Assembly (NCBI GenBank): GCA_050260775.1
Contig: JBLNCP010000041.1
Location: 18,198 to 82,197 of the forward strand
Length of the DNA stretch: 64,000 bases
Direction: 5' to 3'
Source: Solirubrobacterales bacterium
Lineage (GTDB): Bacteria > Pseudomonadota > Alphaproteobacteria > Rhodospirillales > Magnetospirillaceae
The notes beneath the pieces are model-generated. The model was not told the DNA's origin. It ran no database searches and saw only the letters and a program-made list of their open reading frames with translations. Numbering within the stretch: the stretch's first letter is position 1; each line of letters starts with the position of its first letter. Below are positions 1-8,705 of the stretch, in pieces. The position numbers were made by a program, and so were the translations under genes.

Positions 1-1
1 T

Positions 2-580
2 TTCGTTCCGGCCCCGTCATCCGCCTCGGGCGCGGCCGCCGAAATGGTCAAGACCGCCGTCGATCGTCCCGCCGAGCGTGAGGCGGCGCTCACCCGCGTT
101 GCCAACGCGGCCCCCGCCAACGCCCCCAACCCGGCCAGCGGCTTCGTCATCCTCGATTCCGAGGGGGGAGCGGTGACGTGCGGCGTCAGCACCCATGGCC
201 TGTTCGGCAACGGTCACGTCATTCCCGGGACCGGCGTCGTGGCCGCGGCGGCCCCCGGCATCAACGGTGCCCCGGCCGCCGTGGCGCCGGTGCTGGTTGT
301 CAATCCCAACGTCCACGAGGTGCGCTTCGGCGGCGTGGCGGCCGGCGGCGCCAGGGCCCCGTCGGCGGTGGCCGCGACCCTGCTCGCGGTGATGCGCGAC
401 GGAACCAAACTCGACGCGGCGATGCCGCGCCCCGCCGCGGGGGCCTCGCCCCTGCAGGCGCTGTCGCCGACCCGGGTCAACGCCTTCGCTTGCGGCAGCG
501 GCAAAGCCTCGTTCGCCAGTTGCAGCGTGGTCACCGATCCGGACGGCTACGGCATGACCGCCACGGTGGGCAAGGACTAG
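2..580 (+). CDS. gamma-glutamyltransferase-family protein, C-terminal part (5' end outside the window)
   Basis: The frame is open from the window edge to TAG at 578-580. The segment GFVILDSEGGAVTC...FGNGHVIPGTGVV aligns by eye with the GGT small-subunit core (E. coli Ggt HYSVVDKDGNAV...FGTGIVAGESGILLNN). Confidence 0.55.
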   Translation, partial: FVPAPSSASGAAAEMVKTAVDRPAEREAALTRVANAAPANAPNPASGFVILDSEGGAVTCGVSTHGLFGNGHVIPGTGVVAAAAPGINGAPAAVAPVLVVNPNVHEVRFGGVAAGGARAPSAVAATLLAVMRDGTKLDAAMPRPAAGASPLQALSPTRVNAFACGSGKASFASCSVVTDPDGYGMTATVGKD

Positions 581-585
581 GGCTC

Positions 586-1734
586 ATGGGGTTCAAGGTT
601 GCGGAACGGGGAGCCATCGCCCCGTTCATCGTGATGGATGTCATGCGGGCGGCGGCCGAACGGCAGGCGGCCGGCGGCGACGTGGTCCACCTCGAGGTCG
701 GCCAGCCCTCGGGACAGGCGCCGGCCCGGGTGCTGGAGGCGGCGCGCCGCGCGCTGTCGGAGCATGCGCTGGGCTATACCGTCGCCCTGGGCCTGCCCGA
801 GCTGCGCGCCCGCATCGCCGACCATTACCGCACCGCCTACGGCGCCGACGTCGACCCCGACACCGTGGCGGTGACCACCGGCTCGTCGGGCGCCTTCCTG
901 CTCGCCTTTCTTGCCGCCTTCGCGCCGGGCGATCGGGTGGCGGTCGCCTCGCCGGGCTATCCGGCTTACCGCAACATCCTCAAGGCGCTCGGCGTCGAGT
1001 GCGTCCCCGTGCCGGTGGGGGCCGCCACCCGCTGGCAATTGACCGTCGAGGCGCTGGAGGGGGTGGGCGGCCCGCTGGACGGCGTGGTGGTGGCCAGTCC
1101 GTCCAATCCTACCGGTTCGATGCTGGACGCCGCCGAGGTGGCGGCGCTGTCGGCGTGGTGCGAGGGCCGCGGCATCCGCTTGGTCTCCGACGAGATCTAC
1201 CACGGAATCACCTATGGGGCGGCCGCGGCGACCGCCGCCGGGCGCGGCGGCCATGCCGTCATCGTCAACAGCTTCTCCAAGTACTACGCCATGACCGGGT
1301 GGCGGCTGGGCTGGATGGTGGTTCCTCCCGACCTGTTGCGTGCCGTCGAATGCCTGCAGCAGAACCTGTTCATCTCGCCGCCGACCCTGTCGCAGATCGC
1401 GGCCACCGCCGTGTTCGACTGTCTCGACGAGCTGGATGCGCGGGTGGACGCCTATCGCGTCAACCGCGACATGCTGCTGAACGACCTGCCGCGGGCGGGG
1501 TTCAGCCGCCTGGCGCCCCCCGACGGCGCCTTCTACCTCTATGCCGACGTTTCCGACCTCACCAACGACGCGCCGGAGTTCTGCCGCCGCATGCTGGCCG
1601 AGACCGGGGTGGCGGCGACCCCGGGGACCGATTTCGATCCGGTGGACGGCCACCGCAGCCTGCGCTTCTCGTATGCCGGGTCGGCCGCCGACATGGCCGA
1701 GGCGATCCGCCGCCTGCAGGCCTGGAAGCGCTGA
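586..1734 (+). CDS. PLP-dependent aminotransferase, class I/II
   Basis: ATG at 586 lies in frame inside ORF 178..1734. Fold-type I motifs are present: SPSNPTG, NSFSKYYAMTGWRLGW (PLP-lysine region) and a C-terminal RFSY. The upstream 136 codons overlap the GGT gene and were rejected. Confidence 0.9.
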   Translation: MGFKVAERGAIAPFIVMDVMRAAAERQAAGGDVVHLEVGQPSGQAPARVLEAARRALSEHALGYTVALGLPELRARIADHYRTAYGADVDPDTVAVTTGSSGAFLLAFLAAFAPGDRVAVASPGYPAYRNILKALGVECVPVPVGAATRWQLTVEALEGVGGPLDGVVVASPSNPTGSMLDAAEVAALSAWCEGRGIRLVSDEIYHGITYGAAAATAAGRGGHAVIVNSFSKYYAMTGWRLGWMVVPPDLLRAVECLQQNLFISPPTLSQIAATAVFDCLDELDARVDAYRVNRDMLLNDLPRAGFSRLAPPDGAFYLYADVSDLTNDAPEFCRRMLAETGVAATPGTDFDPVDGHRSLRFSYAGSAADMAEAIRRLQAWKR

Positions 1735-1805
1735 CCGGGCTAGGGCGGGAACAAAGGGGAAGACCCTGCGTTATCCCTCTGAGCAACAGCCAGAGGAGAT
1801 GAGCG

Positions 1806-2015
1806 ATGGCCAGTGTTCACACCGAATCCCCGACCCGCGAACTCGCCAAGAGCCTTGAGGGGATCGATTTCCCTGCCAACAAGCAGAAGCTGGTGGAATA
1901 CGCCCGCTCGCATGGTGCCAAGCAGGAAATCATCGATCAGTTGGGCGGCATGCCGGACGAGCAGTACACCAGCATGGCCGACGTCTTCAAAGGCTTCGGC
2001 ATGAAGCACGAGTAG
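1806..2015 (+). CDS. DUF2795-like small protein
   Basis: 69-aa ORF with the signature L.GIDFPA.K..L..YA...GA......L..MPD..Y.SMADV, typical of DUF2795. A GAGGAG RBS precedes the ATG. Confidence 0.6.
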   Translation: MASVHTESPTRELAKSLEGIDFPANKQKLVEYARSHGAKQEIIDQLGGMPDEQYTSMADVFKGFGMKHE

Positions 2016-2019
2016 TCCG

Positions 2020-3534
2020 TCAGCCTTCGGGCTCGTCGTCGATCACCAGCTCGAACACCATTTCGGCGTGATCGGCCAGCAGCGAGTCTGCACGGGCCGC
2101 TTCGGCGAGACCGCCGAAGTAGTCGCGCGCGACAAGCATAGGGCCGCCGCGTTCACCGCGATGGACGGTGACGACGATGGCCCGCCCTTCGTCCGGATCG
2201 AACGCCTTGGCCACTTCGGCGAGGTGGGCGGTCCGGGCGCCGGGGCGGGTGGCGTCGAGGACCAGAGCGGCATCGACGTCGGCCGGCAGGCATGCCAGGC
2301 CGGCGGCGAGCGGCCCCTCCGGGGCGTTGCGGACTAGCCTGACCTCGCAGGCCGGCAGCATTTCCTCCACCAGATCGGCGTTGGCCCCGGCGACCACGAC
2401 CAGGGGCTCGAACCCGGCCGAAAGGGCGGCCTCCACCGCGCGCGCGACCATCACCTTGCCGAGCGCGCCGACATCGCCGTCGGCGAGGATCAGGGCGGCG
2501 GCGCGCGGCAGGCCGCTGACGAACCCGGTCTCGACGCTGGCCTGGGCCGGCCGCAGCGCCTGCTCCTTGAGCAATCCCCCGGCCCCCATGCGCATCAAAT
2601 CCTGCGCCCGCAGCGGGATGTCCGCCGCGAGGCGGCGCAGTACCCAGTCGAGCCCGTTGGGCTTGGGCGAGCGGCCGCACCCGGGCAGGTTGACGACCGG
2701 CACGGCGCCGATGCTGGCGAGCAGCAGCAAGTTGCCCGGATCCACCGGCATGCCGAAATGCTCGATGGTGCCGCCGGCCTTCTGGATCGCCGAAGGCACC
2801 ACGTCGCGGCGGTCCACCGTGGCCGTGGCGCCGATCACCAGGATGCTGTCGCATCCGGCCGCCAGGAGTTTGGCGATGGCGCGCTCGATGGCGCCGGTGT
2901 CGTGCGGGCAGCGGATCTCATGGTCGATGGCGCCGCCCAGCGCGGCGACGCGGGCGCGGGTGACGGCGGCGGCCTCCTCGATGACCCGCTCCCGGATGCC
3001 GGGAAGGGTGGTGAGGATGAGGCCGGCCTTCAGCGGCCGGAACGGCTTGACGGTGACCAGGGGGCCACCCTTGGAGGCGAAGGCGGCGCAGGTTTCCACC
3101 ACGCGGGCGTCGACGCCGAAGGGAATGATCTTGACGGTGGCCACCATCTGGCGCGGCCCGACGATCTCGAACGGGGGGACGGTGGCGACGGTGACCGCCT
3201 CGTCCACCAGATTGAGGCGGTCGAGCCGGTCGCGGTCGATGGCAACCACCCCGCGCACGCTGGCGAACAGGGTGCAGCGGCCACCGAAGGCCGGACCGAT
3301 GGCGATGCCGTCGCCGGCGAGGGCGCCGGCCACCATGCGGGCGGCCTCGTTCTCATCCACGTCGCTTGGGTCCAGGCGCGCCCCGGTGACGAAATTGACG
3401 CCGGCCGCCTTGAGGGCGCGGACGTCGTCGGTGGTCAGCACGCGGCCCTTCTTGAGCATGGCCCCGGGCAGACGCAGCGAATGGGCCAGGATCAAGCCTT
3501 CCGCCTCGTCGACGCGGACTTCCCCGAACCTCAT
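2020..3534 (-). CDS. molybdopterin-binding (MoCF/CinA-like) domain protein fused to a MobA-like nucleotidyltransferase domain
   Basis: 504-aa ORF. The central part (GATATVDRRDVVPSAI...GMPVDPGNLLLL) resembles the MoeA/MoCF-binding domain. The C-terminal roughly 160 aa (LILADGD...LVVVAG...) resembles the MobA/MocA NTP-transferase fold. Confidence 0.65.
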   Translation of the reverse strand: MRFGEVRVDEAEGLILAHSLRLPGAMLKKGRVLTTDDVRALKAAGVNFVTGARLDPSDVDENEAARMVAGALAGDGIAIGPAFGGRCTLFASVRGVVAIDRDRLDRLNLVDEAVTVATVPPFEIVGPRQMVATVKIIPFGVDARVVETCAAFASKGGPLVTVKPFRPLKAGLILTTLPGIRERVIEEAAAVTRARVAALGGAIDHEIRCPHDTGAIERAIAKLLAAGCDSILVIGATATVDRRDVVPSAIQKAGGTIEHFGMPVDPGNLLLLASIGAVPVVNLPGCGRSPKPNGLDWVLRRLAADIPLRAQDLMRMGAGGLLKEQALRPAQASVETGFVSGLPRAAALILADGDVGALGKVMVARAVEAALSAGFEPLVVVAGANADLVEEMLPACEVRLVRNAPEGPLAAGLACLPADVDAALVLDATRPGARTAHLAEVAKAFDPDEGRAIVVTVHRGERGGPMLVARDYFGGLAEAARADSLLADHAEMVFELVIDDEPEG

Positions 3535-3686
3535 CGCCCTGTGCCCTCCCGCAATGTCGCGGAAGTGTAGCGGCTGGCGTGCGAAGGTGGCAATTCCGAA
3601 GGAATGGCGGCGTATCCGTCAGGGCGCTATCATTCGCCGGCCGCCCGTTCTAAGGATCAAGCGGGCGGACCGAAAGGAGAGAGACG

Positions 3687-4244
3687 ATGCCGTTCGCGGT
3701 GAGGTCCAGCCTGGATGTGGTCTTCTGGTTGACCGACCGGGCGCTCGACGACAAGGAATACCTGCAGCCCCAGAAGCTGCACCGGCTGATGTATCTGGCG
3801 CAGGCCTACTATTCTGTCGCCTATCCCGGGCGCCGGCTGATGCCGGCGGTGTTCGTCACCGATGCGTTCGGCCCGATCGAGCCGACGGTGTTCCACATGC
3901 TGTCGTACGGCCGGCCCCACATGGTCGAGGCCAATCCGATCGCTGGCGACGTCGCTCATTTCCTCGACAGCATCTGGCGCCGCTTCGGCCAGTACACTGC
4001 CGACCAGCTGACCAAGCGGGTGGTCGAGCACAATCCGGTGGCCGAGGCCATGGCCAAGGGTCCCGGCGAGGAGATCCCCTTCGCCAAGATGGTCGAGTTC
4101 TACGCCAGCGAAGCGGCGGCCCGCAAAGGCGCCGGCGTCGAGACGGTGGTCCGCCCGCGCGTCATGCGCTCGCAGACCGGCAAGCCGGTCAGCGTGATGG
4201 CCTGGACGCCCAAGGCCGCCACCGTCAAGAAGGACGAGGGCTGA
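3687..4244 (+). CDS. Panacea (DUF4065, SocA/GepA-like) domain protein
   Basis: 185 aa. The N-terminus (DVVFWLTDRA...LQPQKLHRLMYLAQAYY....G..L....F.....GP....V) matches the pattern of SocA-like antitoxin / phage-associated GepA proteins. An AGGAGAG RBS lies upstream. Confidence 0.6.
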   Translation: MPFAVRSSLDVVFWLTDRALDDKEYLQPQKLHRLMYLAQAYYSVAYPGRRLMPAVFVTDAFGPIEPTVFHMLSYGRPHMVEANPIAGDVAHFLDSIWRRFGQYTADQLTKRVVEHNPVAEAMAKGPGEEIPFAKMVEFYASEAAARKGAGVETVVRPRVMRSQTGKPVSVMAWTPKAATVKKDEG

Positions 4245-4250
4245 CGCCCG

Positions 4251-5045
4251 TCAGCACCGGGCCACGGATTCGTACCAGTCGCGGGGAAATCCCGCCTCCG
4301 CCCGCGCACCATGATTGAAGGGGGGCTTCAGGCCGGCAGGGAAGCGTTCCGCCATCAGCCGGCGATAGGCGTCGCCGGCGTCGAGGCCGCGCCTGTCCGC
4401 CAGGTGCTTGAACCAGCGGACGCCGGCGGCGACGTGACGGATCTCGTCGTGATAGATGATGTCGAGCGCCGGCGGCGTCAGCTCGTCGCCGTTGCGGGTC
4501 AGTTTCTCCATGGTGGCGGGCGTGGTGTCGCAGCCACGGGCTTCCAGGGTCATCGGCACCACCACCAGGCGGGCCATCAAATCGTCGGCGGTCTTTTCGG
4601 CCGCCTGCCACAGGCCGTCATGGGCCGGCAGCTCGCCGTAGCGCGAGCCCAGCGTCTCCAGCAGCCGCTCCAGCATCTCGAAATGCTCGGCCTCGTCGAG
4701 CGCCACCTGGACCCAATCGTCGAGGAAGCCCTTGGGCATGTGCTCGTGGGGAAAGCGGCAGACGATGTCCCAGGCGAGATCGATGGCATTGAGCTCGATA
4801 TGCGCCAGCGAATGGATCAGCGCCACCCGCCCGCGCTCGCCGCCATAGGCGCGCTTGGGCATGTCCTTGGGCGCCATCAGCCGCGGGTGCTCGGGTCGGG
4901 CCGGCCGCGCCGGTGGCAGCGTCGCTCCCGCCTCGACAATCCGCCCGGCGAACCAGTCGGCGGCATAGGTGCGGGTAAGGCGGCACTTCTCGGAGGGATC
5001 GGCGGTGGTGAGGACCGTGACGGCGCGGTCGGAGAGGGTGGTCAT
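4251..5045 (-). CDS. DUF455 ferritin-like family protein
   Basis: 264 aa with ferritin-like di-iron ligand motifs (HIELNAIDL, DEAEHF, HDEIRH) characteristic of DUF455. Confidence 0.7.
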   Translation of the reverse strand: MTTLSDRAVTVLTTADPSEKCRLTRTYAADWFAGRIVEAGATLPPARPARPEHPRLMAPKDMPKRAYGGERGRVALIHSLAHIELNAIDLAWDIVCRFPHEHMPKGFLDDWVQVALDEAEHFEMLERLLETLGSRYGELPAHDGLWQAAEKTADDLMARLVVVPMTLEARGCDTTPATMEKLTRNGDELTPPALDIIYHDEIRHVAAGVRWFKHLADRRGLDAGDAYRRLMAERFPAGLKPPFNHGARAEAGFPRDWYESVARC

Positions 5046-5187
5046 GGAACTCGCTCGATTGACCTCCCTCCCTCGGCTTGGCCGGGGGAGGGTTGGGGTG
5101 GGGGCTTTTTGCCCGGCGGTGAGGTGCGGCCGACAGGCCCCCCTCCCGACCTCCCCCCCGGCGGAGCCGAGGGGAGGAGGATGCGTG

Positions 5188-5649
5188 TCAGGCGCCCAGC
5201 GCCTTCAGCACCTCGGCCGAGTGTCCGGTCACCTTGACCTTGCGCCAGACGGCGCGCACCACGCCGGCTTCGTCGATCAGGAAGGTGGAGCGTTCGATGC
5301 CCATGTACGTCTTGCCGTACATGGACTTCTCCTTCCACACGTCGAAGGCCGCGCACAGGGTGCCGTCGATGTCGGCGGCCAGCGGGAACGGCAACTCGTG
5401 CTTGGCGCGGAACTTCTTGTGGCTGGCGACGCCGTCCTTGGACACGCCCAGGATCTCGGCGCCGGCCGCCCGGAAGGCGGCGAAATCGTCGCGGAAGGCC
5501 TTGGCCTCGCTGGTGCAGCCCGAGGTGTCGTCCTTGGGGTAGAAGTAGAGCACCAGCCGCTTGCCCCGGTAGTATTCCAGGGTACGCGGTCCCTCGTCGG
5601 TCTCGACGGTGAAGGCGGGGGCGGGCTGACCCGGGGCGATGGCGGTCAT
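5188..5649 (-). CDS. bcp: peroxiredoxin, Bcp type
   Basis: Start at MTAIAPGQPAPAF. The motif YFYPKDDTSGCT carries the peroxidatic Cys. The ATG overlaps the glnE stop (ATGA coupling at 5646-5649). The longer 231-aa ORF was rejected. Confidence 0.9.
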   Translation of the reverse strand: MTAIAPGQPAPAFTVETDEGPRTLEYYRGKRLVLYFYPKDDTSGCTSEAKAFRDDFAAFRAAGAEILGVSKDGVASHKKFRAKHELPFPLAADIDGTLCAAFDVWKEKSMYGKTYMGIERSTFLIDEAGVVRAVWRKVKVTGHSAEVLKALGA

Positions 5650-8600
5650 GGCTGCTCCTGTTGCGCCGGCCTGGCGGCGTTGGCGGGTTGGACGACGGTG
5701 CGTTCGAATACGTCGAGCGCCTCGCGGGCGCAATCCTCCATGCGGTCGACCAAGGTCTTGAAATCGGTGAGGCCGGCGGCGCGGACCAGCACGTCCTTGA
5801 GGCCCTGTGGCGCGGTCTTCTCGTCGAACGCCCCGGCGATGGTCTGGCGCAGGACCAGTTGCACCGCCGACCACAGGCGCCAAGCCTCCAGCAGCGAATC
5901 GAGGTCGGCCCGGGCCAGCACCCCGGCCGCCTCGGCGCCTTCAAGGGCGGTGCGGGTGTTGGTGCGCAGGCAGGCCGGGTGCTCGCGGCCCCAGCGCAGT
6001 TGCAGGTACTGGGCGGTGAACTCGATGTCGACCAGGCCGCCGCGCAGGTGCTTGACGTCCCAATGGCTGTCCGCCTTGTGCTCCTTCGCCATGCGCTCGC
6101 GCATGTCGGCGACGTCGATGGCCAGGGCGCCGGGGTCGCGCGGGCGCGTCAGCACCTCGCGGATGACCTCCCTTACCCGGTCGGACAGTTTGGGGTCGCC
6201 GGTGACCACGCGCGCCCGGGTCAGGGCCATGTGCTCCCAGGTCCACGCCGATTCCCGCTGGTAGCGTTCGAACGCCTCCAGGCTCGAGGCGATGGGGCCC
6301 GAGTTGCCGGACGGCCTCAGGCGCATGTCCACCTCGTAGAGCGACCCTTCGGCGGTCTTGGCAGTGATGGCGTTGACGATGCGCTGGGTCAGCCGCGAGA
6401 ACCACGTCACGGTGGCCAGCGGCTTGGGGCCGTCGGATTCGTCGACCCCTTCCGGGGCCTCGTAGACCAGGATGAGGTCGAGATCCGAGGTGGCGGTCAT
6501 CTCGCGTCCGCCCATCTTGCCCATCGCCAGGATGCACCAGCCGCCGCCGGGAATGCGGCCGTGGGCGCGCGCGAATTCGTCTTCGACCCGTGGCGCCAGG
6601 CGGGACAGCACCGCGTCGGCGACGTCCGAGAAGGCGCGGGCGGCGGCATCGGGGCTCAGCATGTTCCTGAGCGTCTGCACTCCCACCTGGAAGCGGCGGT
6701 CGTTGCTCCAGCGCCGGCAGACATCGAGGATCTCCTGCATGTCGTCCTGAGCCTCGACCAGGGCGCGGTCGAGCTCGACCTGCAGGGCCTCCAGCGCCGG
6801 CGGCGGTTCGAAGAAGGCCGGCGACAGCACGCTGTCGAGCAGGGTGGAGTGGCGAGCCAAATGCTCGGCCAGACGCGGCGCGTTGCCCATGATCTCCGCC
6901 ACCAAGTCGAGCAGCGACGGGTTGGAATAGAACAGCGAGAACACCGGCACGCCGGCGGGCAGCCGGGTCAGGAACTCGTCGAAGCGCATGAACGCATCGT
7001 CGGGGTTGGCGGTGGTGGCGAGCGCCGACAGCAATGCCGGGGTCAACTCGGTCAACAGCTCGCGGGCCCGGGTCGAGCGGGTGGCGCGGATGCGGCCGTG
7101 GTGCCAGCCGCGGATGGTCGAGCACACCGCATCGGCCGAGGCGAAGCCCATCTCGGCGATGGTCTTGACCGTCTCGGGATCGTTCTCGCCGCCGGTGAAC
7201 ACCAAGCTGCCGTGCACGCCGAGCGACGGCGAATCCTCGAACAGCCGCGCGTAGTGCCCCTCGACGGTCTGCAGGCGGGCGGTCAGCGCCGCCGCGAACT
7301 CGTCGGTGTCCGCGTGTCCCATGAACGCCGCGATTTCAGCCAGGCGGTCGGGCGTATCGGGCAGCGTCTGGGTCTGCTTGTCGTCGATCATCTGCAGCCG
7401 GTGCTCCAGCGTGCGGAGGTAGCGGTAGCACTCCTCCAGCTCCGCCGCCGCCTCGGGGGCGACGTGACCGGCCGCCGCCAGGGCATGCAGGGCGTCGAGC
7501 GTGCGCGAGGTGCGCATCGCCGGCTCGCGGCCGCCCCAGATCAGCTGCTGGGTCTGGGCGAAAAACTCGATCTCGCGGATGCCGCCGCGGCCGAGCTTGA
7601 CGTTGTGGCCGGCCACCGCGATGGAGCGGCCGCCCTTGTAAGCGTTGATCTGGCGCTTGATCGAGTGGATGTCCTGGATCGCCGCGAAATCCAGCGACTT
7701 GCGCCAGATGAATGGCCGCAGGAATTTGAGGAAGTAGGTGCCCGCCTCGGAATCGCCGCCCACCTGCCGCGCCTTGATCATGGCGGCGCGCTCCCAGTTC
7801 TGCCCGAAGCCCTCGTAATAACTCTCGGCCGCCACCAGCGAGACGGCGACCGGCATCGCGCCCGGGTCGGGGCGCAGGCGCAGGTCGGTGCGGAAGACGT
7901 AGCCGTCGACCGTGCGCTCGTCGAGGATGCGCACCAGTTCCTTGGTCAGCGCGATCATGCATTCGGGAATGCTGCGGCGGCCGACGTATTTGATGCGCTC
8001 GTGGTCGTAGAGGACGATGAGATCGATGTCGCTGGAGTAATTGAGTTCCCGCGCCCCCAGCTTGCCCATGCCCAGCACCACCAGCCCGGATTCGCGCTCG
8101 GGGTCGTCGGGGTGGGCCAACACCAATTCGCCCTTGGCAGCCTCGCGGCGCAGCAGGTATCGAACGGCATGGCGGATGGAGGCTTCCGCGAAGTCGGCGA
8201 GCGCGCCGGTCACCTTCTCGAGCGGCCATGCCCCGGCGATGTCGGCGAGGGCTGCGAGCAGGGCACAGCGGCGCTTGCCGATGCGCAGCTCCCGCATCAC
8301 CGCCGCCACATCCGTCTCGGTGGCGAGCCGCGCGGCCAGGTCGTCGAGAAGCGAACCCAGGGCGGCGTCCGGTCCCTCGGCGAAAATCTGGCGCAGAAAG
8401 CGGGTTTCGGCGAGCAGGCAGCGGGTGAGGAAGGGGCTGTTGCCGAAGATCGCGGCCAGCAACGGCCTTGCCTCAGAATCGCCTTCAAGTTGATGCATGA
8501 AGGTCGCGAGTTCACTGTCCTCCTGGTCGCCGGCGGCCTCGCGCCAATGCTGGAAACCCAATTCCTGGAGGGCGGCATTGCCGATCCGGGGGAGACTGCG

Positions 8601-8681
8601 GTCCTTGGGAGGAAAGTTCACCTTGTGCGATCCCACATGTTGTGATTGCTTCACACTGGTCAAACGAACGGGAGGGGTCAA
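5646..8681 (-). CDS. glnE: bifunctional glutamine synthetase adenylyltransferase / adenylyl-removing enzyme
   Basis: 1011-aa ORF with two nucleotidyltransferase modules (GKLGARELNYSSDIDLI and GKMGGREMTATSDLDLI). The size and architecture are those of GlnE. The exact start is uncertain; a GTG 45 nt downstream of 8681 is an alternative. Confidence 0.9.
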   Translation of the reverse strand: MTPPVRLTSVKQSQHVGSHKVNFPPKDRSLPRIGNAALQELGFQHWREAAGDQEDSELATFMHQLEGDSEARPLLAAIFGNSPFLTRCLLAETRFLRQIFAEGPDAALGSLLDDLAARLATETDVAAVMRELRIGKRRCALLAALADIAGAWPLEKVTGALADFAEASIRHAVRYLLRREAAKGELVLAHPDDPERESGLVVLGMGKLGARELNYSSDIDLIVLYDHERIKYVGRRSIPECMIALTKELVRILDERTVDGYVFRTDLRLRPDPGAMPVAVSLVAAESYYEGFGQNWERAAMIKARQVGGDSEAGTYFLKFLRPFIWRKSLDFAAIQDIHSIKRQINAYKGGRSIAVAGHNVKLGRGGIREIEFFAQTQQLIWGGREPAMRTSRTLDALHALAAAGHVAPEAAAELEECYRYLRTLEHRLQMIDDKQTQTLPDTPDRLAEIAAFMGHADTDEFAAALTARLQTVEGHYARLFEDSPSLGVHGSLVFTGGENDPETVKTIAEMGFASADAVCSTIRGWHHGRIRATRSTRARELLTELTPALLSALATTANPDDAFMRFDEFLTRLPAGVPVFSLFYSNPSLLDLVAEIMGNAPRLAEHLARHSTLLDSVLSPAFFEPPPALEALQVELDRALVEAQDDMQEILDVCRRWSNDRRFQVGVQTLRNMLSPDAAARAFSDVADAVLSRLAPRVEDEFARAHGRIPGGGWCILAMGKMGGREMTATSDLDLILVYEAPEGVDESDGPKPLATVTWFSRLTQRIVNAITAKTAEGSLYEVDMRLRPSGNSGPIASSLEAFERYQRESAWTWEHMALTRARVVTGDPKLSDRVREVIREVLTRPRDPGALAIDVADMRERMAKEHKADSHWDVKHLRGGLVDIEFTAQYLQLRWGREHPACLRTNTRTALEGAEAAGVLARADLDSLLEAWRLWSAVQLVLRQTIAGAFDEKTAPQGLKDVLVRAAGLTDFKTLVDRMEDCAREALDVFERTVVQPANAARPAQQEQP

Positions 8682-8705
8682 GTCGCAGATGGAGGCCGGT
8701 TTCTA

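Noticed and set aside
178-585. N-terminal 136-codon extension of the aminotransferase ORF (518-aa version)
   Set aside because: The extension overlaps the GGT-family gene in another frame and is Arg-rich low-complexity. The ATG at 586 gives a normal-length aminotransferase.
577-1653. 358-aa ORF antisense to the aminotransferase gene
   Set aside because: It is Arg/Gly/Pro/Ala-rich with no recognisable motifs and lies fully inside a well-supported gene on the opposite strand. This is a typical GC-rich shadow ORF.
3687-4244. The Panacea/GepA-like gene as evidence of a prophage
   Set aside because: There are no phage structural, integrase or lysis genes and no tRNA or att-like repeats nearby. 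It is treated as an isolated gene.
2168-4318. 716-aa plus-strand ORF spanning the molybdopterin-related and Panacea genes
   Set aside because: The translation is a Ser/Arg/Ala/Pro-rich shadow. It overlaps two better-supported genes in different frames and strands.
5661-8645. 994-aa ORF antisense to glnE
   Set aside because: It has no motifs and a Gly/Arg/Ala bias, while glnE on the opposite strand has clear duplicated nucleotidyltransferase motifs.
8646-8705. ATG 8646 as the start of the AsmA-like gene, overlapping the glnE 5' end by 36 nt
   Set aside because: Divergent genes overlapping at their 5' ends are unlikely. GTG 8706, just before the TM helix, is preferred but remains uncertain.
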